Under the pieces are notes generated by a model. It searched no databases. It worked only from the letters and a program-made list of their open reading frames with translations, and was not told the origin of the DNA. From an uncultured bacterium (lineage in GTDB: Bacteria > Acidobacteriota > Thermoanaerobaculia > Multivoradales > JAHZIX01): DNA of 64,000 nt. How positions within the stretch are numbered: position 1 is the first letter of the stretch; each line of letters begins with the position of its first letter. Of the stretch, positions 21,105 to 32,944 are shown piece by piece. The translations under genes and the position numbers were made by a program. The DNA lies in NCBI GenBank assembly GCA_965368975.1, contig CBDUPA010000011.1, positions 160,001 to 224,000 of the forward strand, given 5' to 3'.

Positions 21105-21595
21105 GGCGACTCTCCTTCTTCTTCCGCGGGGGTGAAGCCGCGGTAGAACTCGACGAAGCGGGCGTAGTTCTTCTTCAGCTCCTGGTTGCCGGGCTCTCGG
21201 CGCAGCGCTTCCTTGTAGTACTCCAGGGCTTTGTCGAACTGACCGGTCGCTTCGCAGGCGACCGCCAGGTTGTTGTAGACACGCGGATTGCTCGGGTCCA
21301 TGCGCTGAGCTTGTTCGAAGCGGAACAACGCCTCGTTCCACAGCTGGCGTCGGGCCATCTCGACGCCGAAGGCGATCTGGTCTTCGGCCTTGGCGGTCGA
21401 CACCGCGCTCGAGGCGTTGCCGCTGCAGGCTGCCGTCCCCAAGAGCAGCGGCCCCAGTAGCAGTGGCCCCAGCAGCAGTGGCCCGAACAGCAAAGGCCTG
21501 AGCAGTGCAGTTCCCGCCATGGCGGTGAGCCGCTGCCGCAGCGAGAGAGAGAGTCGGAGGACCGGTGGGTGGTCCGGATTGGGGCGTTTGGTCAT
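21101..21595 (-). CDS. TPR lipoprotein
   Basis: Lipobox TAAC, TPR (NNLAVACEATGQFDKALEYYKEAL), GAGGAG SD. Confidence 0.8.
   Translation of the reverse strand: MTKRPNPDHPPVLRLSLSLRQRLTAMAGTALLRPLLFGPLLLGPLLLGPLLLGTAACSGNASSAVSTAKAEDQIAFGVEMARRQLWNEALFRFEQAQRMDPSNPRVYNNLAVACEATGQFDKALEYYKEALRREPGNQELKKNYARFVEFYRGFTPAEEEGESP
21438..21497 (-). repeat. 4 x 15-nt tandem repeat encoding PLL[FL]G in the lipoprotein signal
   Basis: cccaagagcagcggc / cccagtagcagtggc / cccagcagcagtggc / ccgaacagcaaaggc. Confidence 0.8.
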
Positions 21596-21960
21596 CGGGC
21601 TAGACTCCTCGACGGCTGGTCCTGTGACGACGGGCCCCGCTATCCGGGTCGTACGGCTCGATCCCCCGCTGACGGGGGCCCCGATAGCCGTGCTGCGGGG
21701 CTTCGGCTCGTTATCCCTTCGGCGTTCTTTCCTGGCAGGATCCTGCAAGATCCCCTTCAGAGGGTCCCTACGACGAGGGCTGGTCTTCGGATGCTCCGGA
21801 AGTGAAAAACCCGGCTTGGGTGTACTATACACGAGACCTAAACGTCTACCTCGGAGCTGTTATTCCGCTGGCTGCAGCGCGGGCGTTCCGCGCGCCGGCA
21901 TCGTGAATCTCCCGCGCGGGCGGGCGGGGTACTCGGGAGTCTCGTATCCGTCCTCAAGAC

Positions 21961-23133
21961 TTGTTGATCGCGCTCAATGCCGAGCTCAAACTGTCGCGGG
22001 CAGCGCTGTGCCGGCTGGCTCAGGAGTTGGACGCCTGGTGGCCAGCCGTGCGCACGGCCAACAATGCTTCCGTGGCGGCAATGGCCGTACGGATCGGTGT
22101 GCCGGTAGCCCAGTTGCGCCGGGCGCGCGACGTGGCAGGGGATGCCGAGCGCCGGGTCGAGCAGGAACGAAGGAGTGCTGAGCACCAGGAGGCCGAGATC
22201 GTCACCTGGCTGGACGAGACCTACCCGCCGGCCTTGCACGACTTACACCTGCCGCCGCCGGTGCTCTACTTGCGGGGCTACTGGCCGCGGTCGTGTCTGC
22301 GCGGCGGTCCCGTCTTGTCGGTCGTGGGTTCTCGACGCGCCTCGGACTACGGCCGGGAGGCCGCGCGGCACCTGGCTGGCGCGGTTGCCGCGGAGGGGGT
22401 GGTGATCGTCTCTGGCTTCGCCGTTGGTATCGACGCGGTGGCCCACGAGGCCGCCCTGGACGCTGATGGACAAACGGTGGCGGTGCTCGGCTGCGGCGTC
22501 GACGTGCCGTACCCGAAACCTCATCAGCGGCTGCGCGACAAGCTGCTGGCAGCGACGGACTGTGCGCTGGTCAGCGAGTTCCCGCTGGGCATGGAGCCGC
22601 GACCCTGGAGCTTTCCGGTGCGCAATCGCGTCATCGCGGCACTCGGGCAAGGGACGCTGGTCGTGCAGGCTGCGGCGAAGTCGGGCTCGCTGATCACGGC
22701 GCACCAGGCATTGGAGCTGGGGCGCGAGGTACTGGCGGTGCCGGGCGGCATCTTTGATCCTGGGGCGGTCGGGCCGAATGCGCTGATTCGCGACGGTGCG
22801 ACGCCGGTGCAGGACGCGCGCGACATTCTGGACGCTCTCGGGCTGGCCCCGGCTGGGCAGCAGCGGCAGCTGTTCGAGAGCCCGGCCACTGGGTCTGCTG
22901 GCGCGTCCGCGGAGGAGTCGTCTGCAGCGGCCGGCACCGGTGCCAGCCGCCTCCTGCCAGACGGACTCGCCGGCCGTCTCGTGCAGGCTCTGCCGGTGGG
23001 TGCCGAGCTGACCGCGGATGACTTGGTGGCGGCCAGTGGCAGTACCACGGACGCTGTGCTCGGGGCCCTATTGGAGCTGGAACTGAACGGCTGGGTGCAA
23101 CGTTTGCCCGGCCAGCTGTATCGCCGCGGGTAA
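21961..23133 (+). CDS. dprA: DNA-processing protein DprA
   Basis: VVGSR, VSGFAVGIDAVAH, FPVRNRVIA, SGSLITA. Confidence 0.95.
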   Translation: MLIALNAELKLSRAALCRLAQELDAWWPAVRTANNASVAAMAVRIGVPVAQLRRARDVAGDAERRVEQERRSAEHQEAEIVTWLDETYPPALHDLHLPPPVLYLRGYWPRSCLRGGPVLSVVGSRRASDYGREAARHLAGAVAAEGVVIVSGFAVGIDAVAHEAALDADGQTVAVLGCGVDVPYPKPHQRLRDKLLAATDCALVSEFPLGMEPRPWSFPVRNRVIAALGQGTLVVQAAAKSGSLITAHQALELGREVLAVPGGIFDPGAVGPNALIRDGATPVQDARDILDALGLAPAGQQRQLFESPATGSAGASAEESSAAAGTGASRLLPDGLAGRLVQALPVGAELTADDLVAASGSTTDAVLGALLELELNGWVQRLPGQLYRRG

Positions 23134-23176
23134 TCGATCGCGCAGGTGAGCCAGCCAGGCAGATGACCTGGACGAG

Positions 23177-23800
23177 CTAGAACAGATCGCGGGCGCGCAA
23201 GTGGTCCAGCATGCTACGGTGCAGCTCCTGTGGCGGCACGCTGCTATCGACTTCCACCAGGATCGGATCTCGCTGGCACAGCTGCCGGAAGATACGGCGC
23301 GACACTTCCAGCGCCTCCTGACGCTCGAAGCTATTGGGTGCACTGTCGCGGACGGTGACGCGGCGCACTGCGGTTTCCGGATCCAAGTCGAGCACGAAGA
23401 CGATATCGGGTTCCGGCGCGAGGGCCTTCATCTGCGTCTCCAGCTCGTCTAGATCCGCACCACGGGCGCCCTGGTAGGCAATGGTGGAATAGAAGTAGCG
23501 GTCGAGGATGACGACCTTGCCGGCCTCCAGCGATGGCCGGATCAGCGTCGCGACGTGCTGGCGCCGATCCTCCACGAAGGCTTCCAGCTCCTCGTGCAGG
23601 GGGAGTCGGCCGCGGCTCGCCGACTCGCGAATCTTGCGTCCCCAAGGACCATCGGTGGGTTCTTTGGAGGTCACCACGTCGTGACCCTCGGCGCGCAGGG
23701 CGTCGGCGAGCAGGTGCACTTGCGTGGTCTTGCCAGCACCGTCGATACCTTCGACGGCGATCAGGATTCCGCGTCTTTCCGTGCTGGTTGGTCCGTCCAT
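23177..23800 (-). CDS. tmk: Thymidylate kinase
   Basis: EGIDGAGKTT, KEP, LDRYFYSTIAYQG. Confidence 0.93.
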   Translation of the reverse strand: MDGPTSTERRGILIAVEGIDGAGKTTQVHLLADALRAEGHDVVTSKEPTDGPWGRKIRESASRGRLPLHEELEAFVEDRRQHVATLIRPSLEAGKVVILDRYFYSTIAYQGARGADLDELETQMKALAPEPDIVFVLDLDPETAVRRVTVRDSAPNSFERQEALEVSRRIFRQLCQRDPILVEVDSSVPPQELHRSMLDHLRARDLF

Positions 23801-23838
23801 CGCCGCGCAGGATACCACTGGGCGTATAGACTCGCGGC

Positions 23839-25230
23839 ATGCAGACTCATGGCATGCGAGATCATTCCGATTCACCTCCCGTCCATGTCGTCGGTGCCGG
23901 CCTGGCAGGCTCCGAGTGCGCCTATCAGCTGGCGCGCCGCGGGTTTGACGTCGTGTTACACGAGATGCGCCCCGAGCGCTCGACGCCGGCGCACAAGTCC
24001 GGTGACTTCGCGGAGCTGGTGTGCAGCAACTCGCTGCGCAGTGACGATCCGCACCACGCCGCGGGCTTGCTCAAGCGCGAGATGGAAGCTTTCGGTTCGC
24101 TGATCATCGCCACCGCTCGCCGTCATGCGGTACCTGCTGGCGGCGCTCTGGCGGTCGACCGCGACAATTTCGCCGCGGCGGTCACCGAAGCGCTTGCCCA
24201 GCATCCGCGCATCGAGCTGCGCCGTGGCGAGGTGACGGAGTTGCCCGAGGGTGATGCGGTGCTGGCCACCGGGCCGTTGACCTCGGACGCGCTGGCTGCG
24301 CGGCTGCAAGCGCTGCTGGGGAACGACTACCTTTACTTCTATGACGCCATCGCGCCGATCGTCGACGCCGAGAGCCTGGACATGTCCAAACTGTTCGCCG
24401 GCTCGCGCTACGACAAAGGCGACGGCGACGACTACCTCAACGCGCCGATGACGCCCGAGCAGTACCAGGTGTTCTACGAAGCGCTGACCAGTGCCGAGCT
24501 AGCACCCTTGCCCGCCTTCGATGAACTACCGGATGACGGCAGCAAGCGCAAGAATCCCTTCTTCGAAGGCTGCCTGCCGGTCGAGGAGATGGCGCGCCGC
24601 GGTGTCGACACCCTGCGCTTCGGCCCGATGAAGCCCGTCGGTCTGAGGCCGCCGGACGGCTCCAGGCCACACGCCGTTGTGCAGCTGCGGCAAGAGAACC
24701 TTGCGCGCAGTCACTACAACCTGGTGGGTTTCCAGTCGCGTCTCAAGTGGGGCGACCAGAAGCGCGTGCTGCGGCTGATTCCCGGTCTCGAGAACGCCGA
24801 CTTCGTGCGTCTCGGGCAGGTGCACCGCAACACTTTCATCAATGCGCCGCAATACCTGTTGCCGACCTACCAGCTACGGCCGCGGCCGAACCTGCGCCTG
24901 GGCGGTCAGATCACTGGCGTCGAGGGCTATCTGGAATCCGCTGCCACCGGTTTGGCGATCGCGCTCTACTTGATGCTGGAACGGCGCGGCGTCGACTTCG
25001 AGCCCTTCCCGGCGACCACGGCTTTCGGCGCCATGAACCGGCACCTGGTCGAGTCGATGGCCAAGCACTTCCAGCCCGCCAACATCAACTACGGCCTGTT
25101 CCTGTCGCTCGAAGGTCGCGTACCACGCAAGAGCCGCAAGCAGGCCTACGCCGAGCGGGCGCATGCCGAGTTGCTGGCTTGGGCGCAGCGCCACGGCGTC
25201 GACCTCGAAGCAGATCTGTGCGCGGCCTGA
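23839..25230 (+). CDS. trmFO: tRNA (uracil-54)-methyltransferase TrmFO
   Basis: GAGLAGSE, ELVCSNS, GQITGVEGY; start may be 23854. Confidence 0.96.
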   Translation: MQTHGMRDHSDSPPVHVVGAGLAGSECAYQLARRGFDVVLHEMRPERSTPAHKSGDFAELVCSNSLRSDDPHHAAGLLKREMEAFGSLIIATARRHAVPAGGALAVDRDNFAAAVTEALAQHPRIELRRGEVTELPEGDAVLATGPLTSDALAARLQALLGNDYLYFYDAIAPIVDAESLDMSKLFAGSRYDKGDGDDYLNAPMTPEQYQVFYEALTSAELAPLPAFDELPDDGSKRKNPFFEGCLPVEEMARRGVDTLRFGPMKPVGLRPPDGSRPHAVVQLRQENLARSHYNLVGFQSRLKWGDQKRVLRLIPGLENADFVRLGQVHRNTFINAPQYLLPTYQLRPRPNLRLGGQITGVEGYLESAATGLAIALYLMLERRGVDFEPFPATTAFGAMNRHLVESMAKHFQPANINYGLFLSLEGRVPRKSRKQAYAERAHAELLAWAQRHGVDLEADLCAA

Positions 25231-26153
25231 TCGACGACTTTCTCGACCACCTGCGCCACGAGCGGCGCTTGTCGGAGCACACGGTGCGCGCCTATGGCGG
25301 TGACCTGCGGCGTTTTCTCGACTTCTTGGCCGGTGAGTACTTGGGGGTCGAGGTCGCCGATGCCGCGGCGGCGGATGTCGATGCCGCGGCGGTGCGGGCC
25401 TACCTGGCGCACCTGGCGCGCGGCAAGCGCAGCGCGCGCACACAGGCACGAGCGCTGGCAGCGGTCCGCAGCTGCTTACGTCACGGCTGCCGCCTCGGCA
25501 TCGTGGACGCCAATGCCGCCGAGGCGGTCAGAACGCCGAAGCTGCCCAAGAAGCTACCGCGGCAGTTGCGTCCGGCCGAGATCGAGACGCTGCTCGCGGC
25601 GGTGGACGGTGAGGACGAGTTGTCGCTGCGCGACCGGGCGCTGCTCGAACTGCTCTACGCCACCGGCCTGCGCGTGGGAGAGTTGGTCAGCCTCGACTGG
25701 CGCGACCTCGACCTCGACGGGCGCCGTCTACGCGTGGTTGGCAAGGGCAGCAAAGAGCGGCAGGTCCACTTCGGCCGGCCGGCGGCGCAGACGCTGAGTC
25801 GCTGGCTCGACGTCTGGGACCAGGTGCGCCAGCGTCGCGCGCAGGATCTGCCCGAGGACGGGGATCCACTGTTCCTGCATCACCGCGGTGGCCGCCTGAG
25901 CGACCGTTCGGTACGCCGCGTGCTGGACAAACGGGTGCAGGAAGCGGCACTGACCGCCGGTGTGCATCCGCACGCGCTGCGCCACACCTTCGCCACCCAC
26001 TTGCTGGAGGCAGGAGCCGACCTGCGCACCATCCAGGAACTGCTGGGCCACAGCTCGCTGTCCACCACGCAGCGCTACACCCACCTGGATCTGGACCGTC
26101 TGTTGGGCGTTTACCGCGAAGCCCATCCCCGTGCCCGCCGCGGTTCCTCGTGA
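25218..26153 (+). CDS. xerC: Tyrosine recombinase XerC
   Basis: LYATGLRVGE, GKGSKER, HPHALRHTFATH, LLGH, TTQRY; GTG overlapping trmFO stop. Confidence 0.92.
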   Translation: MRGLIDDFLDHLRHERRLSEHTVRAYGGDLRRFLDFLAGEYLGVEVADAAAADVDAAAVRAYLAHLARGKRSARTQARALAAVRSCLRHGCRLGIVDANAAEAVRTPKLPKKLPRQLRPAEIETLLAAVDGEDELSLRDRALLELLYATGLRVGELVSLDWRDLDLDGRRLRVVGKGSKERQVHFGRPAAQTLSRWLDVWDQVRQRRAQDLPEDGDPLFLHHRGGRLSDRSVRRVLDKRVQEAALTAGVHPHALRHTFATHLLEAGADLRTIQELLGHSSLSTTQRYTHLDLDRLLGVYREAHPRARRGSS

Positions 26154-26773
26154 GCTGCTACAATCCGGCCTCTATGCACTACAATGCCCGACCTATGCAG
26201 GCGCAAGACGCAGATCAGCAGGACCGCCCTTTCTACCCTCGAACCCGCGCCACGACCGTGCTGGTCGTGCGTCGCGACGGTCGATTGTGTATGGCCAGCG
26301 ATGGCCAGGTGACCCTCGGCGATACGGTCGCCAAGAGTTCGGCCGCCAAGGTCAAGCGCGTTGGCAAGGACAACGATGTCCTGGTCGGCTTCGCCGGCGG
26401 TGCCGCCGACGGCCTGGCGCTCATCGACCGCTTCGAAGAGAAGTTGGGAGAGTTTGTCGGCAATGTCGAGCGCGCCGTTGTCGAACTGTCGCGCGACTGG
26501 CGGATGGACCGCGCGCTGCGCCAGCTACAAGCGCTGATCGTGGTCGCTGACCGGCGCCAGAGTTTCTTCGTCTCCGGCAACGGTGACCTGATGCAGCCGG
26601 ACGAGGATGGCATCATGGCTATCGGTTCCGGCGGCAACTACGCGCTGTCGGCAGCGCGAGCTCTGGTCCGTCATACTGATCTCAGCGCCCGGCAGGTGGT
26701 GGAAGAAGCGATGAAGATCGCTGCCAGTATCTGCATCTACACCAACGATCACTTGACTATCGAGGAGCTCTGA
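26150..26773 (+). CDS. hslV: ATP-dependent protease subunit HslV
   Basis: ATTVL, DGQVTLG, IGSGG, ICIYTN; start uncertain. Confidence 0.95.
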   Translation: MSCYNPASMHYNARPMQAQDADQQDRPFYPRTRATTVLVVRRDGRLCMASDGQVTLGDTVAKSSAAKVKRVGKDNDVLVGFAGGAADGLALIDRFEEKLGEFVGNVERAVVELSRDWRMDRALRQLQALIVVADRRQSFFVSGNGDLMQPDEDGIMAIGSGGNYALSAARALVRHTDLSARQVVEEAMKIAASICIYTNDHLTIEEL

Positions 26774-26775
26774 GC

Positions 26776-28186
<1,411 letters not shown>

Positions 28187-28197
<11 letters not shown>

Positions 28198-29293
28198 CAC
28201 CTCTCCGCGTCGCGCCCTGTTGTTCGTTCTGCCGCTGGCGTTGCCGCTGCTGTTGACAGCCTGCGGCAAGAAGGGAGATCCGCGGCCCCCGATCCGTGCC
28301 GTACCGGCCGCCGTGCAGGATCTGGCCGTGCGCCAGCAGGGGCAGGATTTCCTGCTCGAGATGAGCTACCCGAAGGTCACCACCAGCGGCATGGCATTGC
28401 CCGCGCTTGATCGTGTCGAGGTGCTGCAACTGCTGCGTCCTGCGCCCGCCGAGGGTTTCCAGCCCGAGGTCGACGCGCTCGAGTTCAACACCAGTGCCGA
28501 GGTGCTGCGCGTGTTGGGCGGCAATGACCTGAGCCTGGCCACCAGCGGCGACCGCCTCTACGTGCGCTTGCCTGTGCCCGCACTTGCGGCGCCACCGACC
28601 GCGTCCGATGAAGGTGCTGCAGCGATGCCGCAGCAGCACGCTTTCGCTGTGCGCTCGATCACCGGTGCTGGTGAGGAGTCGGCGCTGTCGAACTTCGCTC
28701 TCCTGGTGCCGACGACGGCGCCGGAACCGCCCACCGGCATCAACCTGGTGCCGGGGCCCGAAGGTATCGAGATCACCTGGACCCCCCCCGCGGATGAGGT
28801 CGAGGGCTTCCACGTCTATCGTCGCGACGCTCGCAGCCGTGCCTATCCGCGCACGCCGATCCGCGTCGAGGGTGATCAGCCCAAGGCGATGGATACCTCG
28901 GCCCGCTTCGGCAACCGCTACATCTACACCGTGACCACCGTGACGCAGCGCACACCACTGATCGAGAGCCGCCTATCCGGCGAAGCCGAGGTCAGCTACC
29001 AGGACCGCTTCCCGCCCGCGGTGCCCGGCGGCTTGGTGGTGCTGGCCGAGATCGGCCGCGTGCGTTTGACCTGGGACCGCAGCCCGTCCGCTGACGTCGC
29101 CGGCTACTACGTCTACCGGCGTGGTGGCGGAGAAGGCGACTTCCGACGGCTCAACGCCGAGTCGCAGACGCGCCGAGAGCTGGTCGACGAAGACGTCACC
29201 TCCGGCCGCACGTACACCTACCGCATCACGGCGGTCGACGCTCTGGGCAACGAGAGCGCGCCCAGCAACGAGGTCTTGACCACCGTCCGCTGA
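28187..29293 (+). CDS. Lipoprotein with fibronectin type III domains
   Basis: [10 protein letters not shown] lipobox; W...GYYVYR...[13 protein letters not shown]. Confidence 0.85.
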
Positions 29294-29322
29294 GCCCGGT
29301 GGGTCAACGCTGCCGAAACAGA

Positions 29323-30210
29323 ATGAGCCGGTTCTTCAAGGTCTCCGGTGGTGGCAACGACTTCCTTGCCCTACCGGAGCCGGACACTCGTCCCAGCCCG
29401 AGCACCATTCGGGCCTGGTGCCAACGCGGTCACTCGCTGGGTGCTGACGGCATTTTCCTGCTGCAGCGGGCGGCGCCCGCGACCGACGGCGTATCTGTCG
29501 TCACCATGGAGTACGTCAACGCTGACGGTAGCAGTGGCGAATTGTGTCTCAACGGCACCCGCTGCGCCGCCCGCCTGGCCTTCCACCTGCGCTGGGCGGA
29601 GTCCGAGGTCGAGGTGCGTACCGGCGCAGGTCCGATCCGAGCCCAGGCGGCGGCCGGCGGCCTGATCGCCTTGACCATCCCGCCGCTGCAAACGACGCTG
29701 CAGCAGGTGAGTGCAGCCGTCACCTCGGCTGGAGCGCACGGAGCGACCGAGTACCAGGGCTGGCATCTCGATGTCGGCGTGCCGCATTTCGTCCTCCTAT
29801 GGCCGCACGATCTGGAGACCGCGCCGGTTCACGATCTCGGTCAGCGCCTGGTGCACCATCCGGTCTTCGCCACGGCTGGCGCCAACATCGACTTCGTGCG
29901 CTACCCCCGCCGCGATTTGATCGAGATTCGTTCGTTCGAGCGAGGCGTCAATGCGGAGACCCTGGCCTGTGGCACCGGGGCTATCGCGGCCGCTGCCGTG
30001 GGGCTTCACCTGGACGCCCTCGACTTGCCTGCCCTCGACGTCAGTGTCGACGTCCACACGCGCGGCGGTTTCCCGATGCGGGTCGCCGCGGCTACCGCAG
30101 ACCAGCGTCGAGTGACCCGCTGGTCTCTCACCGGTGATGCTCGCTTGCTGGCCACCGGCACCTTGCTACCCGAGGCCGCGGACGCCAATGAGCGCCCGCG
30201 GTGGGGTTGA
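29323..30210 (+). CDS. dapF: Diaminopimelate epimerase
   Basis: GNDF, GADG, NADGS..LCLNG, GVPH, ERGV..ETLACGTG. Confidence 0.9.
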   Translation: MSRFFKVSGGGNDFLALPEPDTRPSPSTIRAWCQRGHSLGADGIFLLQRAAPATDGVSVVTMEYVNADGSSGELCLNGTRCAARLAFHLRWAESEVEVRTGAGPIRAQAAAGGLIALTIPPLQTTLQQVSAAVTSAGAHGATEYQGWHLDVGVPHFVLLWPHDLETAPVHDLGQRLVHHPVFATAGANIDFVRYPRRDLIEIRSFERGVNAETLACGTGAIAAAAVGLHLDALDLPALDVSVDVHTRGGFPMRVAAATADQRRVTRWSLTGDARLLATGTLLPEAADANERPRWG

Positions 30211-30238
30211 CGGTCAGGAACGCGATAGGATCCACTCT

Positions 30239-31255
30239 ATGTGGATCACCAGTCTGTTACTCCAATTCGTGCTGCCGTCCCTGGTGGCACAGGCACCCGC
30301 AGAGCCCGTACGCATGGCGACCCGGGCTTTCGACTCCCGAGTCGAACTCGAAGTGCGCGATCTGCCGAGCACGGACGCCGAAGCGGCGATCCACGCGGCG
30401 ATCGCGGAAATTCATCAGGTGCAGTACCTGGTGGACCCGGAGCGGCGAGTAGAAGGCAGCCTGGGCTGGCTCAATGGTCATGCGGGTGACGGTGCCCAGC
30501 GGGTGGATCCGCGCCTGCGCGCCATGCTGGAGCGTGGCTGGCACTTTTGCGTTTGGTCCCGCAACGCGCACGGGCCCCTGGCGGGGGAACTCTACGAGCT
30601 GTGGGGGCTGCGCAAGGATCGCTTGACGCGCCACCCGCGGCCGAGCAAGGTCTTCGAGAGCACCCGCCGGGCGGCGTGCAATCGCCTGCGGATCAACCTC
30701 AACGAAGGCACCGTGATCCTGGAAGAGGAGAGCCAGCTCGACCTCTGGGGCTTTGCCAGCGGCTACGCGGTGGATCGCGCGGTCGATGTGCTGCGCGACC
30801 ACGGTGTGACCAATGCCTGGGTCGAAATCGGCCGTGTGCGCCGAGCGCTGGGCAGTGGTCCGGAAGGCCGCGGCTGGCCGGTGCTGCTGCCGGTACTGCC
30901 GGGCACCACCGAACCGCTGGACGAGATCTACCTGCAGGATCGCAGTCTGGTGACCCTGATGAACGACGACTTCCTGTTCGAGGTCGGCGACGACGCCTAC
31001 CCGGCCTTCATCGACCAGCGCTCGGGCCAGCCGGCGCAGGGCGTCCAGGGAGTGCTGGTGGTCACCGATCTGGCGGCGGACGCCGAACCGCTGGCAGTGT
31101 CCATGTTGATCACCGGGTACCGCGAGGGGCAGATGCGCCTCGGTGGTCTCAAGCCGACCCCGGCGGTGCTCTGGTTCTTGGGCAGTGAGCAAGGTTCGCC
31201 GCTATTGGCCAGCTACCACTGGTCGAGCTTGGTGACGGGCGTCGTACCGCACTGA
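30239..31255 (+). CDS. apbE: FAD:protein FMN transferase (ApbE family), degenerate motifs
   Basis: LDLWGFASGYAVD, IDQRSGQP, signal peptide. Confidence 0.75.
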   Translation: MWITSLLLQFVLPSLVAQAPAEPVRMATRAFDSRVELEVRDLPSTDAEAAIHAAIAEIHQVQYLVDPERRVEGSLGWLNGHAGDGAQRVDPRLRAMLERGWHFCVWSRNAHGPLAGELYELWGLRKDRLTRHPRPSKVFESTRRAACNRLRINLNEGTVILEEESQLDLWGFASGYAVDRAVDVLRDHGVTNAWVEIGRVRRALGSGPEGRGWPVLLPVLPGTTEPLDEIYLQDRSLVTLMNDDFLFEVGDDAYPAFIDQRSGQPAQGVQGVLVVTDLAADAEPLAVSMLITGYREGQMRLGGLKPTPAVLWFLGSEQGSPLLASYHWSSLVTGVVPH

Positions 31256-31261
31256 ACCTGC

Positions 31262-31759
31262 CTAGTTGGTCGCCGTACCCGTTGCCGTCTGGGCCTGCGA
31301 ACGAGGCTCCGAACGAGCACGTTGCAGCCGCTTGGCCGCGTTCTGCGCCATCGACACCATGCTGGTCAAGCCCATGCTCTTGCCCATCGACAACTCGTTG
31401 CCGAAGATTTCGTAGACCACGTCCGCCGACACCTGCTCGACCTGTTCCAGCGGCGTCCCGGAGAGGCTCTCTTCCAGGATCACCGCCATCGCCTTGGCCG
31501 AAATCCCCTGCGGATTCTCGACCGCGAAATGGAAGGCGAGGGTGCCGTCCGGGCGCGGCACCGCCCACATGTAGGCCTCCGATTCGCAAGCCGGCACCCG
31601 ATTGTCAGCGCTGAAGGGTGGCTTGGCGATGCTGTCGGGTACGCACCGGAAGCGTTCCGCGATGCCGATCAGCATCTGGATGCGATCCGCGCGGTCGGGA
31701 AACAGCGCCAGCGTGTCCAGCACTTCTTGTAGCTTCTCCGGGTGCTGCTTCTCGCTCAT
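31262..31759 (-). CDS. sufE: SufE family sulfur acceptor
   Basis: RVPACES motif; downstream of sulfurtransferase. Confidence 0.8.
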   Translation of the reverse strand: MSEKQHPEKLQEVLDTLALFPDRADRIQMLIGIAERFRCVPDSIAKPPFSADNRVPACESEAYMWAVPRPDGTLAFHFAVENPQGISAKAMAVILEESLSGTPLEQVEQVSADVVYEIFGNELSMGKSMGLTSMVSMAQNAAKRLQRARSEPRSQAQTATGTATN

Positions 31760-31793
31760 CTTCGACCCTCGCTCATCATGATTCGATCGGCGG

Positions 31794-32657
31794 TCATTTC
31801 TCGATTGGGACGCCCACAAGGTTGCCCCACTCGGTCCAGCTACCGTCATAGTTGCGCACCCGAGGGTATCCCAGCAGGTAGCTGAGCACGAACCAGCTGT
31901 GACTGCTGCGCTCGCCGATGCGGCAATAGACGACCACGTCATCGTCGGGGGCCAGGCCTTGCTCCTGCTCGTAGATGGCACGCAACTCGTCGGCGTTCTT
32001 GAACGTGCCGTCGTCGCTGTTCACTGCTCTGCCCCACGGGACGTTGCGCGCGCCGGGGATGTGCCCGCCACGCAGGGCACCCTCGTTGGGATACGCCTCC
32101 ATGTGCAGCCGCTGGCCGCTGTACTCCTCCGGACTCCGCACGTCGACCAGCGGTAGACTGCGGTCAACGTGTCCGAGCACGTCGTCCCGGAACACCCGCA
32201 CTTTGGAATCGTTGCGTTCCGGTGCTGCGTAGTCGGTCGTAGCGTAGGCCGGTACTTCCTGGGTCAGCTCGCGCCCCTCTAGGTGCCACTTCAACCGCCC
32301 GCCGTCCATCACCTTGACCTTGTCGTGGCCGAACAGCTGGAAGACCCACAGGGCATAGGTCGCCCACCAGTTGTTCTTGTCGCCGTAGAAGATAACCGTC
32401 GTGTCGGTGCCGATGCCGATGCGTCGCGCCAGCGCCTCGAAAGCGTCGCGACCGAGATAGTCCCGGCGTAGCGGGTCGTTGAGGTCACGCGTCCAGTCCA
32501 CTTCCACCGCGCCGGGGATGTGCCCGGACGGGTAGAGCAGTGGATCCTCGTTGGATTCGACCAGTCGTACGTTTGGGTCGTCGAGGTGCTCGGCGACCCA
32601 CTCGGTGGAGACCAGGACGTCCGGCTGGCTATAGCCGCGGTGTGCAATATCGCTCAT
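31794..32657 (-). CDS. Two-domain rhodanese sulfurtransferase
   Basis: GHIPGA x2, [16 protein letters not shown]. Confidence 0.93.
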   Translation of the reverse strand: MSDIAHRGYSQPDVLVSTEWVAEHLDDPNVRLVESNEDPLLYPSGHIPGAVEVDWTRDLNDPLRRDYLGRDAFEALARRIGIGTDTTVIFYGDKNNWWATYALWVFQLFGHDKVKVMDGGRLKWHLEGRELTQEVPAYATTDYAAPERNDSKVRVFRDDVLGHVDRSLPLVDVRSPEEYSGQRLHMEAYPNEGALRGGHIPGARNVPWGRAVNSDDGTFKNADELRAIYEQEQGLAPDDDVVVYCRIGERSSHSWFVLSYLLGYPRVRNYDGSWTEWGNLVGVPIEK

Positions 32658-32944
32658 AGGATTCAACCTTCCTTGGATTCTCGGATTCGCTGCGGTTCGT
32701 TCCGCGTGTGGACCGGCCGACAAGTAGAATACTTGATCAAACTAGTCATGAATAGTCCAATTCCTGGGTCACGAGCACGGCGGCAACACTCATGGCAATT
32801 CTGTGAACGCCGGGGTCGGGTGCTGCGAAGTCCGCGGTTTTGCAGGTACACTGTAAGGGTGGCTCACCCATAAAGACCTCCTGATAACTGGAGTACACCA
32901 GGATTCTACGAGCTCAAGAGCGAAGCCAAGAGGAACAAGTCGTC

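Noticed and set aside
25218-26153. Tyrosine recombinase as a mobile-element integrase
   Set aside because: Canonical chromosomal xerC context (trmFO-xerC-hslVU).
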